From Bacteroidales bacterium (GTDB lineage Bacteria; Bacteroidota; Bacteroidia; Bacteroidales; VadinHA17), in assembly GCA_040769065.1 (NCBI GenBank), contig JAXGLU010000001.1:1991218-2055217 (forward strand): a stretch of DNA of 64,000 bases. Reading direction: 5' to 3'. A program made the translations under genes and the position numbers. The notes below the pieces were generated by a model. The model was not told the origin of the DNA, made no database searches, and saw only the letters and a list, made by a program, of their open reading frames with translations. Positions 56,454 to 64,000 of the stretch are shown here, piece by piece. The first letter of the stretch is position 1, and each line of letters starts with the position of its first letter.

Positions 56454-57133
56454 TGATTATGTTAAAAATAGAAGTACTATCAATTAGCAATTAATTTACC
56501 TGTTGATAGCTTAAATTTATTAAATTTTATTATGACTTATATAACTAATTCTTAATAACATGAAATTAAATTGGCATTTTCTTTTCCAATACTGCTTATT
56601 TAAATTTCCGTTGCCGGATTCAACCAGGGGCCTGTGGCTGAGGGAGCAGGTTTCGTCAAAAGGTGAATGGACTTCCCTTTCTTTCAACGTAACAAACCCG
56701 GCCAAACCTGTTAAAGCATGAAAAATTGAAAGTTGTGGTAAAAAAAGACTGTCATATTCCAGTTGTTGATACAGGGGCATTCCTCAATGGCCGGTGGGCT
56801 GGTATAGACACGAAAACCGCAGGGAAGAATTATTTTCCACACAACTTTGATGACCTATGGAAAATTTTATATTAAAAATGTTTACTCTTGTAAAGTGTTT
56901 TGCCAGAGCTGAAAGAAAATGTAAATTTAAAACCCTTCGTTTTGAAGGATTTTACAAGACCTAATGCATTAATGGCTTGTTGATACACATTGATCCAGGC
57001 ATGATTATTGCCGGCTACAGCAGAAAGTTGCAAATGACCAATATAATTATGAAGAGTTGTTTGGAATTATAGAATGAGATTAAAGGCATTCAGGGTCGTG
57101 AGAATGTAAGTTTATCAGAAATTGAGAAAAAAG

Positions 57134-58108
57134 ATGAGAAAGATTACAGGTTCATTATTTACAGCACTTATTTTGATAACTGTCTTATCATATTCCTGCA
57201 AAAAGGGAGGAATACCTGTGGTAACTACTGCTGATATTACAGGGATCAATCAGACTTCAGTAACCACCGGAGGAACCATAGTGGATGACGGAGGCTCAGA
57301 GATCACCTCCAGAGGTGTCTGCTGGAATACAAGCGGGAATCCAACAACTGCAAACCAAAGGACCATCGACGGCAGCGGCTCCGGTTCCTTTGTCAGCACT
57401 CCCAGCCAGTTGATGCCCAAAACTTATTATACTCTAAGAGCATATGCTACGAACAAAGCCGGAACAGGATATGGCGAAGAGCGCAGCTTTCTGACAGGTG
57501 AAATAATCATTGGTTCCGTTGATGATTTTGAGGGTAACACTTACAAAACAATTTCAATGGGCACTCAGACATGGATGGCGGAAAACCTGAAATCAACAAA
57601 ATACAACGATGGCACTCCTATTCCTTTGGTTTCAGAATTTTCTGCATGGAAAAGCCTCACCACACCAGGTTACTGTTGGTATAACAATGATTCTTCAAAC
57701 TACGCTGCTGAATATGGCTCATTATACAACTGGTACGCCGTATCATCACGTAAGCTATGTCCGGCAGGCTGGCATGTGCCTTCCGATGCAGAATGGATAC
57801 AGATGACAACTTATCTCGGAGGAGAAGATATTGCAGGAGATAAGCTTAAGGAAGCCGGAACAGACCACTGGCTGATATATAACGAAAAGTCAACCAATGA
57901 AACAGGTTTTACCGCCCTTCCCGCGGGAGGTCGCGTTGAGGGCGAATATATTGCCCTTGGTTACTCCTGTGCGTTCTGGACAGCAACATCTTACGATGAA
58001 GCAAATGCCTGGTGCCGTGAGCTTAGTTCTGAATATAGCTTTATAATTTTTAGCTATGAGGACAAGAATCAAGGATTCTCTGTCAGGTGCGTTAAAAATC
58101 CTGAATAA
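57134..58108 (+). CDS. Lipoprotein with FISUMP (Fibrobacter succinogenes major paralogous) domain
   Basis: 'DFEGNTYKTISMGTQTWMAENLKSTKYNDGTPI', 'YGSLYNWYAV', 'LCPAGWHVPSDAEW' and 'TNETGFTALPAGGR' match the TIGR02145 pattern. The start was moved to ATG 57134. Confidence 0.8.
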   Translation: MRKITGSLFTALILITVLSYSCKKGGIPVVTTADITGINQTSVTTGGTIVDDGGSEITSRGVCWNTSGNPTTANQRTIDGSGSGSFVSTPSQLMPKTYYTLRAYATNKAGTGYGEERSFLTGEIIIGSVDDFEGNTYKTISMGTQTWMAENLKSTKYNDGTPIPLVSEFSAWKSLTTPGYCWYNNDSSNYAAEYGSLYNWYAVSSRKLCPAGWHVPSDAEWIQMTTYLGGEDIAGDKLKEAGTDHWLIYNEKSTNETGFTALPAGGRVEGEYIALGYSCAFWTATSYDEANAWCRELSSEYSFIIFSYEDKNQGFSVRCVKNPE

Positions 58109-58204
58109 TGCACAACTTTTACGGGAAGCATAACTGAAACTATATGGATCCGTTTCCTCAAAAACAGAAGCCTAAATCAAATGGACAATAGATCCCTAAA
58201 TGAG

Positions 58205-58292
58205 AGATATTTTAACGGTATAATGGAACCCACATAACTGAAAATTATATTCATTACGTGTTTGCGTTTTCATGCAATCATGTGGATTTCAT
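58205..58292 (+). repeat. IR95 repeat, forward, left tail truncated
   Basis: 'gatattttaacggtataatggaacccacataactgaaaattatattcattacgtgtttgcgttttcatgcaatcatgtggatttcat'. Confidence 0.75.
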
Positions 58293-58437
58293 ATACACAC
58301 CCCGCATAATGTCTCAAATATCCCTGGAATCATCTGACTTTAGATTATTCATAACTTAATTTTATTCAAGCTATGCAGACATTATTATCAATATGTACGT
58401 TATTATCAATATAAACGACACTAACCAATATTAACCA

Positions 58438-59553
58438 ATGAATCTGTCAGGAAGATCAAGATATGCCAGGCTTAAAATGCTGATTTCGTGCATGTTGATT
58501 TTGTTGTTCCTTTCAATTTCCGGATTGAAAGGACAGAATGATACTGCCGCGACCAAAAAGGGAAAGAATGAGTCGCCTGAGATAATAAATCCTCTCTTCG
58601 ACAGCGATGAACTTCTTGAGGTATCACTTTATTTCGATATGGCGAGATTCCTTAAAAAGAATCCCGAAGACGGGAATCTTGATGCACTTATGAGAATAAA
58701 ATACAGCGAAACAGATTCCCTGGAGAAAAAAATAAACATGAGAGCCAGAGGTGTTAATCGCCGGGAAAGATGTCACTTCCCTCCTGTAATGGTTACTTTT
58801 AAAAAACCAGTTTATTTTGGCACTGATTCCGTTAAGGTAAAGAAGTTGAAACTGGTGACACATTGTGAAACAGGAGCTGTTTATGAAGAATATGTTCTGA
58901 GAGAATACCTTGTATACAAGCTGTACAATGTCATAACCGATACCAGCTTTAATGTCAGACTTTTGAAAGTCAATTATATAGATAATCAAAATAAAAGAAA
59001 GCCCCTGAGCAAATACGGATTTTTCATCGAACCGTTGAATTCACTGGCTGCAAGGACAAACACAACAGTTGTCAAAACAACTACCCTGGGTCAGAAGCTG
59101 ATAATCCCCGAAATTATGGACCAGGTTGCTATCTTTAATTATATGATCGCAAACTGGGATTGGTCAGTTGCCGGACAGCATAATATCAATGTTGTAACCC
59201 CAAAACAAATTGGAGCCTCTCCCTTAGGTATTGCCATTCCTTATGACTTTGACCTTACTGGGATCGTAAATGCTTCTTTTGCCATACCTCCTCCCGATAT
59301 AGGTATTGAAACCGTGCGCGACAGACTTTTTACAGGAATGTGCAGAACAAAAGATGAATTCCGTATCAGCCTTAAAAAATTTCACGATAAAAAAGAAGAA
59401 TTATATAAAGTTATTGACGAATTCCAATATCTGAACCAGAGAGCCAAAAAAGATATTAAATACTTCCTTGACGGATTCTTTGACCAGTTTGAAAAACAAA
59501 GAAGCTTTGACTATCTTATTGACTTATTGTTAAATAATTGCAAGAACCTTTAA
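58438..59553 (+). CDS. Secreted protein of unknown function (weak CotH-like resemblance)
   Basis: 371-aa ORF with a signal-anchor. 'EEYVLREYLVYKLYNVITD...KYGFFIEPLNSLAAR...NYMIANWDW' loosely recalls CotH-family patterns. Confidence 0.5.
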   Translation: MNLSGRSRYARLKMLISCMLILLFLSISGLKGQNDTAATKKGKNESPEIINPLFDSDELLEVSLYFDMARFLKKNPEDGNLDALMRIKYSETDSLEKKINMRARGVNRRERCHFPPVMVTFKKPVYFGTDSVKVKKLKLVTHCETGAVYEEYVLREYLVYKLYNVITDTSFNVRLLKVNYIDNQNKRKPLSKYGFFIEPLNSLAARTNTTVVKTTTLGQKLIIPEIMDQVAIFNYMIANWDWSVAGQHNINVVTPKQIGASPLGIAIPYDFDLTGIVNASFAIPPPDIGIETVRDRLFTGMCRTKDEFRISLKKFHDKKEELYKVIDEFQYLNQRAKKDIKYFLDGFFDQFEKQRSFDYLIDLLLNNCKNL

Positions 59554-59602
59554 ATGGGGTCACTCATAATTCCATATGTAACACAATACTGAGCAAAACA
59601 GG

Positions 59603-59738
59603 TTCACCGGAATGAAGCATGTATTTGTCAATGGTATCCGGGTACTTAAAGACGATGAGCATACATACCGGAACCAAGTCCTGCTGGATTGTCAGTGGTC
59701 CGGGATATAAGTACCAGGTAACTAGCGATAGCCATTAA
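59603..59738 (+). pseudogene. C-terminal remnant (~45 codons, apparent +1 frameshift near 59666) of a D-aminoacylase-type amidohydrolase
   Basis: Frame 1 reads 'FTGMKHVFVNGIRVLKDDEHT' and the shifted frame reads 'TGTKSCWIVSGPGYKYQ'. Compare the family C-terminus 'GI..V.VNG..V..DG..TG..PGR.LRGPG' as I remember it. No upstream body is present. Confidence 0.35.
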
Positions 59739-59759
59739 TAAAGGCCCGGAAGTATTTCA

Positions 59760-60656
59760 TTACCTGGGTGCATCAAACAAGTGCAGGGCATTCTCGACAA
59801 CATTTTCCTTTGTTATCAGTTTGGGTTCAGGCAGCCTGGGATCAAGATCAAGATACTGCATCTTAATATGAATGGGCGTTTTCATGACATAAGGCTTGCA
59901 ATAAGGTATTGCTGCCACCGCTTTTTTTGCTCCTTCATACAGAGCCTGGCGGGTCTCATTAAATGGATAAAGAACGGCAGCTTCTCTTGCAAGTCCGCGT
60001 TTTGTGGCAACAGTTACAACGTTCTCTCCAAGGAATTCCCTTGCTTCACGGCAGGTGGCCTCATCGCCTGTGACCATAATAACAGGTACGCCATAGTATC
60101 CGGCAATTGCCCCGCTCTGGGCTATCTCTCCCGATTCCACTCCATTGTACCAATAACGATTTTCAGACCTTGAACTCTGCGTATGACAAAGGACACCATC
60201 GGGTGTGCCCATCATTGCATGGAAACCGAGAAGTACCATGCCTGCATACGTACTGTCGAGGAGGCTTGCAACGCCCGGCCTGGGAATCCCGGTTATGTAA
60301 TGTGCCCCAGGCTCCATCAGGTGAGGTAAAACTGCCTGAGTTCCGTGTCCGTCAAGAACTACAATCTCAGTAGCTCCTCCATCGCGCAGACCTCTTATCA
60401 CTGCAGAAAGGTCAGCCATAAAGAACTCACAAGCCTGTATATTCAAAGGAGTGTCCTTTTCACGGGTCTGCGAAAACTTGAAAACACCACTTATCCCTTC
60501 AAGATCAGTATTAACATAGATCTTAACCTGGGCTAGCGATATTTGAGAAACACAAAGGAAAATCAGTGACATCACCTTCATGAAATTCCCGGTCTTAATT
60601 CTTTTTAAAAATGAAATCGATTCATCCGAAACAGTTTTTAATCTTTCTCTTTTCAT
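59760..60656 (-). CDS. M55 (DppA-type D-aminopeptidase) family protein with N-terminal signal
   Basis: 'KIYVNTDLEGISGV' and 'GFHAMMGTPDGVLCHT' are DppA-like. The start is ambiguous: ATG 60656 lies at the IR95 junction, while ATG 60581 gives 'MKVMSLIFLCVSQISLAQ'. The track start at 60695 reads into the repeat. Confidence 0.65.
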   Translation of the reverse strand: MKRERLKTVSDESISFLKRIKTGNFMKVMSLIFLCVSQISLAQVKIYVNTDLEGISGVFKFSQTREKDTPLNIQACEFFMADLSAVIRGLRDGGATEIVVLDGHGTQAVLPHLMEPGAHYITGIPRPGVASLLDSTYAGMVLLGFHAMMGTPDGVLCHTQSSRSENRYWYNGVESGEIAQSGAIAGYYGVPVIMVTGDEATCREAREFLGENVVTVATKRGLAREAAVLYPFNETRQALYEGAKKAVAAIPYCKPYVMKTPIHIKMQYLDLDPRLPEPKLITKENVVENALHLFDAPR

Positions 60657-60870
60657 CCTTATATAATTTATTTTAATGGTTGGATGGAACCGCACATGAT
60701 TGTGATAATTATATTCATTACGTGTTTGCGTTTGAATTTAATCATGTGGGTTTCATCCGTATATAATTTATTTTAATGGTCGGATGGAACCGCACATGTT
60801 TGATAATTACATACATACGTGTTTGTGTATGCAATACATGTGGGTTTCATCATAATATAATTTTGATTTG
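60653..60870 (+). repeat. Head-to-tail IR95 array: unit 1 (60653-60762, 110 bp), unit 2 (60763-60846), truncated unit 3 (60847-60870)
   Basis: Both full units begin 'tcatcc(g/t)tatataatttattttaatggt(c/t)ggatggaaccgcacatg' and end 'catgtgggtt'. The trailing 'tcatcataatataattttgattt' is the start of the third subtype. Confidence 0.9.
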
Positions 60871-61161
60871 TATAATATATTACACAATAACTTCTGATTT
60901 CCAGGAAATTACTTCCCTGGCAGAAACCTGCCTTTCCCTATCAAATATACTAAATCAGAGCCTGTCTTTTAAATGTCGTTGATAGAAAACTGGCTGAACC
61001 TATTCTAATTATCTTAATTATAAAATGTGATTTTCTTTGTATTATTGGAAGTATCTCAGGCGGTGGTATTGGTGACAATGTTCTTCTGGAATACTCCCTT
61101 GCCGGGGTAAATGCTTTTCAGTAATTTAGCAAATGCAATTAATTGTAAAATATTCTCTTAA

Positions 61162-62403
61162 ATGAAAAATATCAGTTTGCTTTTGTTGGTTCTCATAGCT
61201 GCAGGATCCTTTTCCTGCGGCGATAAAAAGTCCGTGGGTATCTCAGTGACATTCCCGGAAATTATTGGTCCCACGCAAATCACCAGTAATGATAAAGAAC
61301 ACTTTTTTGCCAGTTATTACGGTATTAATTCATTTGACAAATCTCAACGTTATGCCACTGTTCTTGAAACTGACATAAAATACGAACTCCCCGATGAGTC
61401 AGATCCTGCAACACTTGGGCTTGTAGATCTGGCAACATACGAGTTCATGCCATTGGCTGTGACTCATGCCTGGAATTTTCAGCAGGGGTGCATGGCACAC
61501 TGGCTTGGTACTTCACCAGACTCTTTGATCATATTTAATGATTTCCGGGAAGGCAAATATGTATCAGTTATTATGAATGTCCATTCAAAAGAGGAAGTCA
61601 GGATAATCCCATATCCTGTCAGTGCTGTTTCTCCCGATGGCAGGGAAGCTGTTAGCATTAACTTTTCCAGGCTCAGAATAACACGGCCTGATTACGGTTA
61701 TGGCGGGAATGGTCAGGATCCCTTGGAAGATGATCCATTCCCGGCAAATGATGGGCTGTTTCTGGTTAACCTTGAAACAGGAAGCTGCAGGTTGCTCGTT
61801 TCATATGAGCAGGTCATGGATCTTGTTCCACCGATAAGCGAAGGAAGTATCGAATGGTTTAATCATACGCTTTTCAGCCGTAACGGTTCAAAAATATTCT
61901 GGCTTTCCCGCCAGATGGATGGCAAAATACGTATCACCACTTCACTTACCGTGAACAGGGACGGCACCGGTCTGAGAAGATGCTTCCCCGACAACTGGGC
62001 AGGATCGCATTACGACTGGCTGAATGATGATGAACTGATGATCACTGCCAATTATGAAGGGAAACAGTATGCCCATGTACTGTTCACGATTGGAAAACAG
62101 GATTACAAAAGACTTGGCAAGGGATTGCTTGACTATGACGGGCATGGAACCTTTTCCCCTGACCAGAAATGGATGGTGACCGATACTTACCCCAGTTCAG
62201 GTTTACATGAACAGAAGATATACCTTATGAATATGAGTACTGAAGCCGTAATTTCATTGGGCCGGTTTGTTCATCCACCTGAATTTGAAGGCTTCTGGCG
62301 TTGTGACATACACTGCCGATGGAGTCCGAAAGGTAACATAATAGGCTTTAACTCAACAAATTCCGGAAGCAGGCAGGTATATATCTACCGGCTGAAATTC
62401 TGA
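61162..62403 (+). CDS. Lipoprotein of unknown function (beta-propeller-like, tentative)
   Basis: 413-aa ORF with lipobox 'AAGSFSC'. Repeated short beta-strand/Asp-Gly turn pattern. No family recognised with confidence. Confidence 0.5.
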   Translation: MKNISLLLLVLIAAGSFSCGDKKSVGISVTFPEIIGPTQITSNDKEHFFASYYGINSFDKSQRYATVLETDIKYELPDESDPATLGLVDLATYEFMPLAVTHAWNFQQGCMAHWLGTSPDSLIIFNDFREGKYVSVIMNVHSKEEVRIIPYPVSAVSPDGREAVSINFSRLRITRPDYGYGGNGQDPLEDDPFPANDGLFLVNLETGSCRLLVSYEQVMDLVPPISEGSIEWFNHTLFSRNGSKIFWLSRQMDGKIRITTSLTVNRDGTGLRRCFPDNWAGSHYDWLNDDELMITANYEGKQYAHVLFTIGKQDYKRLGKGLLDYDGHGTFSPDQKWMVTDTYPSSGLHEQKIYLMNMSTEAVISLGRFVHPPEFEGFWRCDIHCRWSPKGNIIGFNSTNSGSRQVYIYRLKF

Positions 62404-62434
62404 CATCTGAGGTTAACGGGGCTATTCCGTAGTA

Positions 62435-63358
62435 TTATGCTCCATAACCCCATTTTTTCATTACCTCAAGATTTATTTTCATGCAGTCCATCGGGGCCTT
62501 CCCCTGGTACGACTCCTGTTCAATTATATAAACCTCTGTACCTCCTATTTGTGTAGCAAGATCGATGACCTTTTTTGCACTTACAATACCTTGACCTATA
62601 ATTGTGCTTTCATATTTTTCAGGCCCTCCTGAACTGATAATTTCATCCTTAACATGGATGTTCTCAAATCTGCCCGGATACTGCTTCACTACATCCAGAG
62701 CTATTGCGCCGCCGTTGTAAAGATTCCCGATATCAAGCTGAACTACAACCATATCAGGATCCATGCTGTTCATCATTATATCGAAAAGCTTCTGATTGTT
62801 AAGGCTTTCACTGAATTCAAAATCGTGATTGTGATATCCGAATTTCATACCTGACCTTCTGCACAATTCACCACATTTATTGAAAACATCCATATAACGT
62901 TTGAAGTCGTCATAATTGCTTCTCATGCTGTTATCCATGGAAGGGCTTACAACGTATTTCTGCCCCAGTATCGCAGCATCCTCAACCGTTTGCTTCCAGC
63001 TATCGGAGAAATCGTTTTTACTCTCATCCCAATGCTGCCTTCCCATGACAGTATGACCGCTGATCATATTCAGGCCCAGATCGTCAAGTATTTTCCTGAA
63101 CTCAGATGGTGAATACCCATAGAATTTCCTGTTAACATAATTTGCATGTTCTACATATTTATATCCCATACCGGCTACCTGTTTCAAAGATCCAAGCGGA
63201 TCATCCGACATTTCCTTCCGTATAGAATACAACTGCAATCCAACAATTCCTTTCCCTTTCCCTTTCCGGGCAGCATATACAGTTGAAGGTACCAACGCCA
63301 ATCCGGCTGTTGCCAAAGCTCCTGTCCTGATAAAGTCTCTCCTTGAAGTTTTCATCAA
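62435..63358 (-). CDS. Tat-exported xylose-isomerase-like TIM-barrel (sugar phosphate isomerase/epimerase family) protein
   Basis: Tat leader 'SRRDFIRTGALATAGLAL'. 'GYKYVEHANY', 'FGYHNHDFEF' and 'HVKD' follow the AP-endonuclease-2/xylose-isomerase-like pattern. Confidence 0.75.
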   Translation of the reverse strand: MMKTSRRDFIRTGALATAGLALVPSTVYAARKGKGKGIVGLQLYSIRKEMSDDPLGSLKQVAGMGYKYVEHANYVNRKFYGYSPSEFRKILDDLGLNMISGHTVMGRQHWDESKNDFSDSWKQTVEDAAILGQKYVVSPSMDNSMRSNYDDFKRYMDVFNKCGELCRRSGMKFGYHNHDFEFSESLNNQKLFDIMMNSMDPDMVVVQLDIGNLYNGGAIALDVVKQYPGRFENIHVKDEIISSGGPEKYESTIIGQGIVSAKKVIDLATQIGGTEVYIIEQESYQGKAPMDCMKINLEVMKKWGYGA

Positions 63359-63580
63359 TTTGTCTGTTTTAAGTATGAATAATCTGATTATTTTCCTTTT
63401 GCTATTCTTTATAAAATTATAACAAACATATCAGGATTTCAAAATATAAGGATAAAAAAGCCCTCAGACATTACAGATGGCTTAGGCTTAAAGCCTGGTA
63501 TGTGATAAATGTTTTCTGCATAGGGCAACTGCTGAAGATTGCCCTGACAGGTATTAGTGAACAAGCCGGATATGATTAAA

Positions 63581-63997
63581 CTAATTCTTGCCGTGAAGTA
63601 TCTTCTTTACCCTTTTCCAGTAAAATTCCGTCTTAGGACCCGAACCATTCCAGTCGCGGGTGATCTTTTCAAGGTTGTAGGGACCCGTCCTCGAGGCATA
63701 ATATAGAAAAACCTTTTTTGACAATTCGGGGTTGAACATATCTTCCAGGCTGTAATTATTCCCCGTTCTCATGTTATAGTCATCAAGCCTTACCGGGCGT
63801 ATCTGCAAAAAACCTGCTGCCTGTTCCAAAGGGTTATATGCCAGGGGATTATTCCCGGTTTCAACCATACCTATGGCGTTAATAAGATCATTAAAAGGTT
63901 CTATCCGCGGAGGCTTAGATATATATAGCGATCTCTCGTCCGGAGCAGAAAGCTTAAGATTAACCGAAAGCAACAAAGGTATCAGGGCAAATCTCAA
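63581..63997 (-). CDS. Lysozyme-like/SLT-type lytic transglycosylase domain protein (5' end may lie beyond the window)
   Basis: 'AIGMVETGNNPLAYNPLEQAAGFLQIRP' resembles the SLT catalytic Glu region. The only start inside the window is TTG 63997. Confidence 0.5.
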   Translation of the reverse strand: MRFALIPLLLSVNLKLSAPDERSLYISKPPRIEPFNDLINAIGMVETGNNPLAYNPLEQAAGFLQIRPVRLDDYNMRTGNNYSLEDMFNPELSKKVFLYYASRTGPYNLEKITRDWNGSGPKTEFYWKRVKKILHGKN

Positions 63998-64000
63998 TAT

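Noticed and set aside
28-60870. IR95 as a classical MITE with terminal inverted repeats and target-site duplication
   Set aside because: The two outer ends (tcatccgtatataat... and ...catgtgggtttcatc) are not reverse complements. The palindrome is internal and offset to one side. The same TTTCATC flank occurs at all copies rather than a copy-specific duplication.
60776-60982. Cys-rich peptide 'MVGWNRTCLII.YI.VCVCNTCGFH' encoded inside IR95 copies (track ORFs 60776-60982 and 23013-23261; similar frames in other copies)
   Set aside because: The frame is not preserved among copies. Stops occur after 2, 18, 21 or 34 codons in different units, and the 7552-7653 copy has ATG GTC TGA. The substitutions look unconstrained with respect to coding, so these are read-through artefacts of a non-coding repeat.

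Overview
This 64-kb window looks like a Bacteroidota-type chromosome. The evidence is a SusC/SusD pair behind an ECF-sigma/FecR anti-sigma pair, TAnnTTTG-type -7 boxes, and many lipoprotein and Tat signal peptides. Most genes are ordinary housekeeping or secreted-hydrolase genes: GH18, GH20-like, GH26-like, WbsX-like, CE4, M28/M19/M55 peptidases, MATE/MFS/CDF transporters, CbpA/CbpM, two thioredoxins, a two-component system and FolB. I saw no rRNA and no CRISPR array. Two things stand out. (1) A 6.8-kb island (31633-38448) is integrated in the 3' half of tRNA-Gln(CTG) and bounded by a perfect 45-bp direct repeat. It carries a tyrosine integrase, an excisionase-type HTH, a PD-(D/E)XK nuclease and a terminase small subunit, but no capsid, portal, tail or large-terminase genes, which is the layout of a phage satellite (PICI-like). 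It also encodes a 452-aa protein in which I can line up, by eye, motifs A, B and C of T7-like/family-A single-subunit polymerases. (2) A family of ~95-bp hairpin-containing intergenic repeats, which I label IR95, occurs at least 13 times plus 3 partial units, including head-to-tail arrays of 3 and 2.3 units. Every left junction carries TTTCAT(C), the complement of ATGAAA. In three cases this junction coincides with the start codon called for the adjacent ORF, and in a fourth it falls on an in-frame ATG. Minor items are three truncated gene remnants, two low-complexity secreted proteins, an orphan IS1595-type zinc-ribbon ORF, and a promoter-proximal 20-mer shared by the thioredoxin paralogs. 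All functional calls rest on motif recognition by eye and have not been checked by database search.
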